Assembly: GCA_013115145.1 (NCBI GenBank)
Contig: JAAPAO010000222.1
Span: forward strand, 1 to 51,351
Direction: 5' to 3'
From: Perkinsus chesapeaki ATCC PRA-425
Taxonomy: Eukaryota; Protista; Perkinsozoa
DNA: 51,351 nucleotides
Positions 38,301-49,935 of this stretch are shown here, in pieces; position 1 is the first letter of the stretch; each line of letters opens with the position of its first letter. Made by a program: the position numbers and the translations under genes. The notes below the pieces were generated by a model, which did not search any database, was not told where the DNA came from, and saw nothing but the letters and a program-made list of their open reading frames with translations.

Positions 38301-41300
38301 GAGACGGGTCAATGGAAGCTCGGAGCATGGTCAGCAGCAGCAGGAGGAGGAGGACCGCACCTGGCCCAGGAGCTCACCGAGCAAGCCCGTCTCGCAGTAG
38401 GTTGACTGCGGACACCTGGTCGACCGAGTTTTAGTTGGACCATATGGACCGCACGGACGAGCTTATGAGACTGGCCGATGTGGCGGGCATTCAAAGGCAG
38501 CAGCAGCTCCTGGTCCGGCAGCAGGTGGTGACACCCTACCGCTCGGCCAGTCATTCCTGTCACCAGGTCGCTGATGCCGTTACTGCAGGGAGACGCCATA
38601 GCGACCGACTGGCGAGAGCGCAGCAGTTGTGTGAAACTATGCAAGCCAACAGCAGCAGCAGCTGTGCACGCCTGGCGCCACCACCACCACCACCACCCGT
38701 CGACAAGCGCCCCGAGCTGCGGGAGAGGTCGACGGAGATATGCCAGTCAATCGGGCGAGCAGTCGGAGTAGAGACGGTAGCCAGTTCTTCGAGCTCGTGA
38801 GCTGGTCCAGCGGTGGGTCAGGCACCGACGGCGATGGAAGCTGTCGGGCTGCAAACCGAGTCGATTGATAGGCGAACGGAGATGGAAGCCAACTTGGAGC
38901 ATTCTCTCTGCGAGGAGGACAAAGGAGAAGAAGCTAAGCCGGTGAGTTGATATCAAGGAGAAGTGGAGTAGCTTGTTCCAGTTCCGTAGCGTCCATTGGC
39001 AGACCCCTCACCACGGAGGATATGCTATGTGGACCCAAACAGAAGGACCTATCAGAGGGGTGGACCAGGTATTACCTTAACAGATTCGTCTACTCTTCTA
39101 ACCACTAACAGGCCGTCCAGCCAACACCAAGCGCCTCCAGTTGTCGATCAAATGAGCGATGGAGTGTCGCTACCAGCAGAGGAGGAGGAGGAGCGGACAG
39201 TAGGCATGACGCTGTGGATAGGGTTCAGCAGTCTCAGGTGCCCGGAGAGCCGTTGGAGTTTGCTGCTCCAGCAGCCCGAGCTACTCTATGGTCGGATTCG
39301 AAGAGGATGGGGAGCATGAGATCACAGTTTCCTGCTCCTCTGAGGTGTCCATGGTCCACCCAGGCTCTATCGTGGCATCATCTTTCCATTCGGACATATC
39401 CCTGCCCTTCACGGCACCATACAGTGATTGGCGGAGTTCGGCGGCAGGAGGAGGAGGAGGGGGCCAGCAGTTGGGCAGGGATGGAGACGAGGATGAGGCC
39501 AGCATACTCAGTGCCAGTGCAGCCTTGGAGGGGCACCTCAACCTTACGTACAGAAGCCTAAGGAACGATCGATCGGTCCAAGCATCGCCGGGTGGCCATG
39601 ATGTGGTGGGCCTTAGCCGCTGGGTTAGGAGAATGCTTCCTCCTCCTCCTCAGACACTGCGATCGAGCCACACGTCTCTGTGTGAATCTCGACTCAGCCA
39701 GAGCCCGTCATGCTCGTCGTCGATGGTGACCGATATCAGCTTTGATGGTGGACGGCACAGTGTAGAGGAAGTCACTGGGGCATTGGCGAGGAGGAGGAAG
39801 AGGGCAGTTGAAGATGTGGAAAAGAGGATAAGAGATAGCCAGGAGAAGATGGCCGCTGGTAAGGAGAAGGACATACCTTCACCTGTTAAAAAGCGAAGAG
39901 AGCGTCGAGTACGTTAGTGGTCTGGCCTGGGCAGGGGGTCCTATCAGGAGCTTCGGAGGCGACAGAGGGAGGAGAGTCGGTCTCGTGGGAGCCTTCGGGA
40001 CAGCAGGGAGTCCACTGGTTCGAGCACAGACTCTCTCTCCATCATCATTCGAGGTTAACCGTGCATCAATGGCTGGTCTAGGATTCATGTCGGTCAGATG
40101 CGGAGAGACGGCTACTGCATCAGCAACAGCGATTGCGATCGAGGGGCGAGGCAGTTGCCAAGGCCACTGAGGATGCCATTAGAGACAACGAGGCTAAACT
40201 GAAGAGAGTGGAGTATCTGAAGGAGCTCAAGAAGGAGGTAGGAGGAGGTCACCAGGGAGGGGTAGCTGCTGCCAGATTGCTGTGGCGCGGCAGCAGGAGA
40301 TGTCACCACCGCCTGTGGAGGTCTCCAAGGAGAAGAGCGGACAGTCTAGTCCCGCAGCGGCGGCGGTGAAGGAGTGCGTGATTCCTTGGTCTGGCGTCTG
40401 GTCGGATGTGTCGAGCAGGGTCGGTGGTGAAGTGGCAGCTGGTGAGGTGGGGGTGGAAGAAGTAGACCTTGAGGGGGACGGAGTTGGAGAGGTAGTAGGT
40501 TGACAGCATTAACAGGATTACCAAGGCGGCAGGTTGTGGAGGAGGCAGGAGGGAAGGAGTTGCACATAGATCCGCAGTTGTCGCCTCGGATAGAGACGGA
40601 TGAGGAGGCCATGGCCAGCAGCAGCAGCAGCGATGATGATGATGAAAGAAAGGTAAGATAGAGGACACTAGAGTTAGGGAGGTAATAATCTCAGTCGACG
40701 GGTTCGTCTGTGATGCAGAGGATTCATGCTGTGGAGGTTCATAATGAAGAGGATAGTATGAGCAGTACAAAGCTATTGGAGGGTGAGACGACGACGGCGG
40801 CGGCGGCCCTGTTGGGCCGTGAAACCTTATCAAGCATTATCGCAGTTGTCCACTCACGCTCCAGCCCTGAGACCGCCCCAGCACTTAGCCCGGGCACCGG
40901 AGGGCTCTCGAGGGTGCATGAGGAGGAGGAGGTGGGCATCCTTGAAGAAGAGGTGGGGGAGGGAGGGCTGCTGGATGATGGCAGATGGCACGTCGGTGAT
41001 GGTCAGGAGGTCTCCCAGACATCCTTGGACTCGGCGGTACTAATAGCAGACCCAGTGGAGGCAGCCAAAGCTGTAGCGGAGGCAAAGGCTCCTTCATTGC
41101 GAAAGGTGGGCATGGTATTGATCTTGTGCTTCATGGCTGAGGTCTACGGAGGCAGGATGCTGGTGGTGGATCGAAGAGCAGTGGGGCCAGTGCAGGGGGG
41201 CATCAGTTCGAGGCCAGCACAGGACCGGTTATCGAAGTGGCCAGATTCGAGGCCAAATCCCCTGTCGTTGCCAAGGAGAGCTCGGAGGACCTAGAGATAG

Positions 41301-42587
41301 ATAAGATGGAGGTGAGTAGCAGGTCCTGTATCATAGTTGATTATAGCCCAAAAGGTGGTGGAGGAGGCCCCAGTGCAGAGCCCTGAGCTGATCACCATGC
41401 TCCCAAGGCAACAGCAGCAGCAGCTGCCAGCGGCCACCAGTGGGAGCAGTAAAACCTCTCCGGCCATTCGCATTGACGGAGATCGAATGATCGGTGTGGT
41501 CGCCAAGCACGGCGGGTCGGTAGGGTGTCCGTGGTCAGACTCGGCCTCCCCTTCGGCCGGTACGAGGGCCCTGTTGGGCTGGGTCAGGGCGCTCCCCAAG
41601 AGAGACCTAGATGAGTGTGTGAATCACATTACCGAACACGTAAGACTGTCTTCTGCATTTCCTTCTACTATACCTCAACACTTCAGGTGCTCGAGTCCCT
41701 ACTCGATGATAGAGCTCTTGAACGGAAGGTTTTAACATCGTTAGGAGGCAGCAGCAGCCATCCCATAGAGGAGGGCGGCGGCAGGTCTGAGGAATCTACA
41801 CGGAAGTTGCATGCAGACCGCCTCATTGACCTCAAGGCCCAGGCAGCTGCGGTGGTGGAGGCAGCGAGCTTGCGGTGGGTACGATCTCATCACGTTGTTG
41901 TGCAAAAAATACGAATCGTGGTGCTGTGTGGCGCAGATTTCTAATAGTGGTATCTGCATCTCCAGCTTGACTGTCGGGGTCATCCAGGAAACTTTTATTA
42001 GCAGGTATGCAACGACAGAATCCGTGGGTAGGGCAGAAGTCAACGGAAATGTTGTTGCTGAGATAGTGTCCAAGGTGAGTGGAAAGGTAAGAGATGTGCT
42101 GTAGCAGCCGAGACCATTGCCGCCTCAGGAAGTGACCAGTCCTATTCATAGCGAGCTTCTATGGGATTCTTGCCTGGAGCTGGCCCGACGGCCTTCGCCA
42201 GAGCAACAGGCATGCTCTCTATGGTGTAAACGATTCCCAGGAGCCAAGTCCCCATTGAGCCCATTCATTGCCGTCACGAACGCATGGTCCACAATTCACC
42301 AACAATTGAACCGAATATTGGAGACTAATTCAGACTTGCGCATGCGTGCAGAGGCTGGCTTGTATCATTCCGAACTGCAGCAGGCGGAGGAGCAGCAGGT
42401 GGACAACCTCGCACGGCAGGTTGTCTCGCACATGGCAATCGCTGGCGTGACGTCACTTTTCGATAGAAGTGAGCGGAAGCTCATACGGTCGCGAATACTG
42501 GATGATTTGGACGAGGCCGTGTTCGCCGCACTAGTTGAGGACTTTGCTTTGGAGCTTCGAGATGAATACGAGGAAGGTGGAGGATAA
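35370..42587 (+). CDS. Very large low-complexity/disordered protein(s) with a possible DUF4378 (CEP350/TRM-like) C-terminus
   Basis: A chain of long GC-rich + strand ORFs (S/P/Q/E/R-rich, coiled-coil patches) linked by plausible GT-AG introns. The last exon has IHSELLWDSCLELA..ILDDLDEAVFAALVEDFALEL, resembling DUF4378 motifs. The number of genes, the start and the frames are not resolved. Confidence 0.5.
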
Positions 42588-42746
42588 TTGCTGGTGCAAG
42601 TCTCTAACAATGTTACATGTATAACGCAGCGTGTTGAGTTTTGAGAGTAACTCTTGGCGAACTAGAGTAACCAAAAACTCATAGCAACGATAGAAATAAC
42701 ACTGTTAATATCACGTTAAATAGATAATCACATATGTGATACCCTT

Positions 42747-44459
42747 TCACCAAAGGTCTTCAACAGCCATTGCTGTCATGGTACACCCGCACGATCGGGA
42801 TGATCGGTTCATCGCAGGGGACAAAACCTTTATCGTCTCTGAGTTAACAACACTCTCTACCGCTATAATGAAATCAATATAGTCCAGTGGTTCGGTGTAA
42901 TCGGGGAACGGCTCGGAAGTTGCCGGCTGACGAGGGTCACGACGATCCTCTATTAGAGAAGCAATCTCATTAAAAGTGACAAGTCCATCATGGTCGGTAT
43001 CGACAACGGTGAATAGTCGGGAGTAGTTGCCAAGCTGAGATTCCGGGATGAGCCTCGCTGCTGCACGCAGGAGCTCTATTTGTTGGGGTAATAAACTGAG
43101 ATATCGTTCAAGCTTCCCTATGGTCGACCACTTCAACATGCGGGGTGTTGGAGGAGCTGTGGCCAGTATGAACGGGTGCTCCAGAGCTTCCGTGGCGGTG
43201 AGACGCTGAGGGCAGTGAAGTGTTGAAGACATGGGAAAGGTCTCACTCTGGAAGGGTCTACAACCAGCAGGCGTGTGACGAGATCGACTGCGGCATCGCT
43301 AAGCCCCTGCCATGCTGCGCGATTCTTAATAATATTTCCAGTTCTAATGCGATAGACAGCCACCTGGCGGTGCATCAGTTTTCCGATAGATGCATTAGCT
43401 GGTACTTTCGTTGACTTGTCGCTTGAATGTCGGAATGGTGATGCTGAACAGAGCATAACGTAGAGCACGACACCAGCAGACCACATGTCGCTGCGCGTAT
43501 CGGCACCCATCGCCTGGTAACTGAGAGTCTTTCTCCAACTCCTTTGAGTTCCCTGAACGTACATTTCGGGGGCAGCATACGACAGGGTACCGATCCTGCC
43601 CTTGGCGATGCCTCCGGCGACGGTCTTCAGGTTCACAGCTGCTCCGAAGTCACAAAGCTTCAGCCGACTTTTGTCATGCTCATCAACGAAAAGGAAATTC
43701 TCCGCCTTAACATCTCGATGAACTATATCCTTCGAGTGTAGGTAAGCCAAAGCCTCCAGCACTTGTCGCATCAACGATGACACCTGGTGGGATAGAAGAG
43801 TCGCACTAATGGATATAAATGCATACTTCTGGCTCTGGAAGCCCTACCGCATCTGAAGCTTGATGATGCCGGGCCCGGTCCACTATATGTTCGTATAGTT
43901 CGCCGCCTCTACAAGGTTCCATAACTATGTGGCAAACGCCATCATCAGTCTCGAAGGTCTGATAGTGAACGACGAGAACAATGCAAGAGTAACACTCGAG
44001 ATGTGGCCTCACCTCGAAAACTCGGATGATTCGTGGGTGCGGCGGAAGTGACGATAGCGCCGAGACTTCGGCAGAATAACACTTGATCGCGGAAGGTTTC
44101 GCCCCATCAGACAGCCTGCAGTCCAGCTCTTTCACCGCTACCAACCGTCCTGGGACTCCAATTTCTTCCGCAAGGTACACTTCGCCATAGCTGCCCTTCC
44201 CTAAGCGCCTAACTTTGCGGTATATGTCACAAAAGGAGATTGCTCGGTGCACTGCAAACACAGCTCTACTGGATCTCTCGCCTGGAACGGAGCCGGACTC
44301 GGTCGAAGAGCAGCTGCTGGCACCGAGAGCACTTTTAGACACCAAAATGCTCTCCATTGCGTTATCGGTATGAGCAATAATATTTTCTTCTATCGACGGC
44401 AAATTTTGGCATAAACTCAAGGGATCCGTCACCGACCCCAATGAGATGGCATTGCCCAT
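42747..44459 (-). CDS. CDPK-like Ser/Thr kinase (N-myristoylation site; reduced EF-hand region)
   Basis: MGNAIS.., LGKGSYGEV, VAVKE, HRDVKAENFLF, LKLCDFG, GTLSYAAPE, DMWSAGVVLYVML, then EF-hand DTDHDGLVTFNE and a degenerate second loop. The 3' end is approximate. Confidence 0.88.
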
Positions 44460-44639
44460 CAAAAAGTGCAACTGCACTGAGATTATTTCGCAAGCACATT
44501 CGCACGGAATTCGGTGAATCTCTCTCCGATTGCAGCGATAGTTCCCACGCTAGATAGCAAAACGAACGAGTTATCCTCGTCTAGTGTTCCAGTTAAACCT
44601 GATGTGCTAACTTGAATGACTAAATAACTCAAAGCACTT

Positions 44640-47600
44640 TTATCTAGATATGGTCACAATTGTGTTGGCAATGGCGGCATAGTAGCTCATCAAAGAATAG
44701 GAACTCAACAACAATCATCATCACATAGATGCTGATAATGCAACAACTACGTCCGGTAGCCAACTGATCGTCATTATCGACAAATACAGGAAAGCAGACA
44801 ACAACTCGACGGTTTGTAGCAGTAGCAGTAGGAGTTGAGACATAGTACGATCATCATCATCATCACTCACAACAACAACAATGGGAGTAGTCGAGGACCA
44901 ACAATAGCGTTACGAGCAAAACCTTGCGTCCCAAGAAAACCGCAATAGCAGCATCAGCAGGCTGTAACCTTCAGCGTCGCTTTTCGCTATTTTATAGTAT
45001 TATTATCATAAGCATCATATAACTACAATAGTGCTACTAGGAACATTGGGAAAGTTGCCACGGCTATAGTTGTTGTTACAACTTCTACTACTAGATACTA
45101 TTATCAATCTAATCAACAACCATTATCAACTAAGAAAGGAGAAGAAGAAGAAGACCAGCACAGTCGCCATGAAATTGATGCTCCTCGCTGGAATGGCAAT
45201 CACTGTTGCCCTTTAACCTGCTGCCTCGCTTTCAATATCGTCATGGTCGCAACCATGATAGACGCTAATGCTGCAACCGCATCAGTTGTTGCTGATGATG
45301 ATGTTAAAGTCACTTTGTGGATCTTGTAGTTGTTGCTGGAGCAATAAATACAAACAATCATAGGGCACCTTGTCCCATACATTACAGCACATCATCGCTC
45401 GCAAGCAGTGGTTTATCGGTATCATTAATAATGCTCTCTATGGACTGCCGCCGTAAGTATTAGGTATGCCACAAAGACGATGGAAATTAGGCATCAATCA
45501 TGCTAATGCAAAGAAATTAAGGACACCATGCAATCCTCATCAGGCAGAAATAATAACTTGACATCATCTATAATGTGGGATAGGATACCCTCCTTATGCA
45601 ATAATAAAAACCATTATGGTATGCACGCACGCATGCGCAGCAGCAGCAGCAGGATTGTGAGCGAATATCCTGTAGATGATGCGACGATGATCTACAAAAC
45701 ATCGTCAACAGTAGCGGCGGTGGCGGCAGTAGTTAGAACCGTTAAATCTTCTCGGACAGCAGGTAGCATCTTGAGGATGTTATCAATAGCCAATAAAGGA
45801 GCGGCAATAACCATTGAAATAGTTGGCGTCGTCTCAACTTAGTGGCAAGATAATGACATCTTGGAGCCCAGTATGATATATGATAGTCCATCACTTCGTA
45901 ACAAGCCAACATGGCATAAAGGCTGTTAGGAGTAAAGAGACCAATATCAAATAGCAAATTAGGAGGACGGTCGCAGAACTGCTAGTTACTACAGAAAGAT
46001 AGGTAAACTAAGGCGACTGAATGCAGTCACCAAAAGGTTACTTCCGAGTGGACCATACAATCCAAAACAGCAGCAGCATCAGCTAGTGACAACCAATCCA
46101 GGATAGGAGGAGGCAGTCAGTTGAGAAACCACGCGATCTGCGACTATACATAATGACGATAACAACGCTGACTACAAGGCGGCGATAGCAGACGCCGGCG
46201 GTGAGTGAAGCAGGAACAATAGCAGCGTCTTAAAACGAGTTCAAGAGCGAGCGATTGAAGGAAGGGCGTAATTCCGAACAGCATCGAGAAGGAAAGCTCA
46301 ACATCAGGGACGACCGGTTAGCAGCTACCCCGGACAGCAAGAGCAGCAGCAAGTAAAGCTATCACAGAGAGAAGAGTAGTACTATACTAGATGATGATGA
46401 TAGTAGTGTGGGTGGATGGTAACAACAACACAGGGGTAAATAATACAAAGCAAGAGAAGTAAAGAAACAATCGCTGTATCTCAAGCAGCAGCAGCAAAGA
46501 CGCCGGTCGACGAAGTTCAAAACATCAACCACATGAACAACAATTACAAACAGCACAGACGGCATACCTAAGGTACGTCACCTAAGAGCTGCAGTTGTTA
46601 ATGGTCGGTGGCGGCAGTGACGACGGCGACAATGACGAGGATGATTAAACCGGGATCGATAGCACAAAGAAACAGTGTAGGTAACAAGATCCTCAAATGA
46701 TGTGAGGAAAGAACAACCAAGTAAACCACTCGGTGACATAATGTAGTAGATGATGATGTTGGTGGTGGTGGTAGAGGAAAGTATTATAGCCATAGTAGAA
46801 ATATGATAGGTCCACCGATGATGATAGCAGCAGCAGCGGCAGCAACAGCAACAGCAGCAGCTGTTATTACTACTAATGATGCAACAACAAGAGGCAGTAA
46901 TAACAGTAGCACCAGGAGGAGGAGAACTAGTGGCGTCATTAGCAAAGGTAGCAACAAGAGGAAGAACAACCAGAAGAAACATCCACCACAAGAGCATCGT
47001 TTATTGTTACTGTCATCGCATCGGCTGCTATCTTATCAAAGGATCAACTTAATCAATAGGATGATACACCAACTACACTTCGACGACCTCTAGTTTGCGC
47101 AGTAGCTGATACCATATACCTTTGCCTGGCTGCACCATACGCAGGGTAAGCACTAGTGGGACCATTACCCATACCAGTTGTGAATAATGACGGTACTGAT
47201 CGAGTAGCTTGAGGAGGCATCATCCGAGGGGCTGCTGGAGAATATCCAGAATACACCGAAGACGCTCCACCCCTTACTGGTAACCGACCACCGTAAACAC
47301 TAGGAGCAGCCGAGTAGACGGAACCGAGCTCGGCGGATCTTCCACGGCTTATAGTGGACATGTTACCACCATATCCACCACCATACCCATTAACAGAATA
47401 GAGACTGCGATTAGAGGGAGCCGAATAGTATCCACCATTGCGATAACGCCTACTCCTTTTAGGGTCCCAAGGTGCCACAACAGGTGTCGATACACTATCA
47501 CTTCCACCTGTAGCACTGTTGTTGCTACTCCGCTGCCCACTACGAGATCTCGATGAAGCAGCAGCAGCGGCAACTGTCTCATCAGCAGCAGCATCAGAAG

Positions 47601-48600
47601 CACCAGACGAAAATGAAGAGTCGTGCTGGCGACGGCGACTACGTCGTCGTTGCTGCTGTTGCCTATGAGCACTGTGATGATGGTGGTCATGAGACTTTGA
47701 ACTTGAGTTGCCACCGCCACTATTGCTTGACATCTCCCTTTGAGTGTCGTCGCTGCTGAAGTCGGGTGAAGATGATTGACCATGAGATAACGTTGCTGAG
47801 TTTGTAGTACCTGACAAGAATAGTAATATAACATAGAGCCAAGCAGCACGACATCTTGCCTTTTTTATTTGATTTCCTCTTATTTGATAGTAGTGTAGTA
47901 TTAGTGGTGCTTGTTGTAGATGCTGATAGACTTGCATCTGCAGCTGCCGCCGCTGTCACTGCTGTTGCTGATTTTACACCGCCTCCACGAGCTGCGGATC
48001 CTGCAGTTGTGTTGGCCGCCCTGACACCACCAGCATCAGCATTTGCCTTGACCTTCTTCATATTGAGTGTGGGCGATGAGGCAGTTGTTGTTGGGGACGA
48101 CGCAGCATCCGCAGGATCCGATACAGCCACCTCTACCGGAACTTTACTAGAGCTGCAACCCATTTACAACTTTATGATGGTTTACCGAGAACGAAAAAGA
48201 AAAGAGGAACAGAACAAGAACAAGGATAATGACAACCAACAACAAACCCACAACACACACCACTAGTAACACAATCGACGATGGACTTGCCCACTTTCGG
48301 ACGCCGACGACGCGACCCGACGAAAATAGGCCAGCAGGGCGAGCTAGTCACACAAAAATTGTGTAGATAGAGACAACTACTTACCAGTGCTAGCGAAAAG
48401 CGCGAATGAAACTAATATACTAGCTGCCATGACAATAGACGATATTGTTATTTCCCCGGCAAGTAGTGAGTAAAAAACGAGAATCCCAGTACCCCAACGC
48501 ACAACAGCAAGGAAGGAAACCAATAACTAATGATAACCTTCTTCTAGTCAAGGCTTTACAACACCAGGAATCATAGCATGGCATCGTTACCGTTACTAGG
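44640..48600. repeat. Low-complexity tract of short mixed trinucleotide repeats (CAG/CAA/CAT/GAA/TAG) with A-rich + strand
   Basis: Many imperfect runs such as cagcagcagc, aacaacaac, catcatcatc and gaagaagaagaaga. About 2.4 kb (44640-47000) carries no credible gene model. Confidence 0.7.
47053..48163 (-). CDS. Hypothetical low-complexity protein with an N-terminal MGCxxSK dual-acylation motif
   Basis: ATGGGTTGCAGCTCTAGTAAA at 48163. An Ala/Thr-rich exon is spliced to an S/R/G/Y-rich exon (ORF 47053-47937). Confidence 0.65.
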
Positions 48601-48781
48601 CGCCGTGAAGCAAACGTAGAAAAAACAGAGGCGCATAGGCAGCAAGTGGGCTACAGAGCCGTGGCTATCAGAGGGCATCCGGGGGAGGGGACGTTGGCTT
48701 GCGCGGCCTTCTCAGACCCGCGTAATGACAAATTATTCGCATTGCAGCCTGGCATGAGAATTAACATTATCAGCGGAGCAT

Positions 48782-49603
48782 TCAGCAGACGATACGACGT
48801 ACGTCTTTATCCACTCTAAGTCGGGGCCCCCCACGAGCTGCTGCTGTGATGTCTTCACCATCCTCTTCTTCGAGCAAGTCAGGGTTGACAAAATCCTCAT
48901 GGCCAGATACCTGGAGGGCAAGAATGACCTCATCATATCGTAACGCACAGCACATCATGTGTTGTAGACGGTGTTTCCGCTGTAGAGACTGTTGGTGGTG
49001 GTGGTGGTGCTGCCCCTACACCCAAGGCCTCAAGCGTCATGCGAAGGACCTCCGGGTCCACATCCAACTGATGAAGGAATAGAGGCCACTGAGGAGAATA
49101 TCGACCAACCTCCTCCTCTGCTTGTTGGTTCTCGAATGCGGGACGCTCGTGTGAATCACTCCTCGGCAATAGAGGCGGAGCTGCAGTAGAGGAGGTACTC
49201 GTAGCAGCCAACTGAGAGGGAAAGTGATGCAATGGGCACAATGATGAAAACCTACTTGTGGGGCCGGAGCATGTTCCGGCACTCGTGGTAGTTTCCCTTT
49301 CTCCTTACGATCATCGTCATCAGCGGCCAAGGGCTTTGAAGGTGGACTATCGGGTGTAAGTATTAGGGCCTGAAGTACATATCGGCAATGGTTACTGTGG
49401 TTAACCGAGGTAGTACTCACCCCTTCACCCCATTCCTCCTCAGTAACAGGGACATTCTCACGGACGGCTATGCCGCCACCGCCGCCGCCCCTCACCATGG
49501 CAGAGTACGTTTTATTACGATAAGTGTGGCTGTTGTTCCTGTAGTTGCCTCCTCCTCCTCCTCCGCCCCCTCGGCCATAATGAGGTTTCGGTGGTCTGCT
49601 CAT
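48782..49603 (-). CDS. Hypothetical protein with a Gly/Arg-rich N-terminus and acidic C-terminus
   Basis: MSRPPKPHYGRGGGGGGGGNYRNN.. joined in frame through three GT-AG introns to ..DLLEEEDGEDITAAARGGPRLRVDKDVRRIVC*. No family recognised. Confidence 0.5.
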
Positions 49604-49935
49604 CGGACTCTAGACCACATAAAGCAACTGAGAACAACACTTCCAGTCGACAACCAAACACGACGCGCTGCAGGTGCTGCTATTATCGGAGAACATCTGT
49701 CCTTGGGAATTGTGGAAAGTGTAACTTCAGTACTAGTAGGAAAGTCCACCTTGAATCTCATCAACAACGATGTGAATGGCGGTAGAATGCTATAGGGGCC
49801 ATGGCTACCGGCATCTGAGCACCATGGCCCTATCGAGTACAGGCCTACCCTCAATGGGGCCGCCCACACATACAAATCTAACAACAACACTGGAGGGTGA
49901 TAACAGTGTAGATTTCACGAGATAGCGTAGAGAGC

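Noticed and set aside
35284-42610. Numerous overlapping and antisense ORFs in the supplied track
   Set aside because: Expected in GC-rich low-complexity coding DNA with few stop codons. Many begin at TTG/GTG, which is not applicable to this eukaryote.
46578-46997. Signal-peptide-like, poly-Cys ORF on the minus strand
   Set aside because: All frames of this T-rich triplet-repeat strand give hydrophobic or Cys runs, so it is a compositional artefact.
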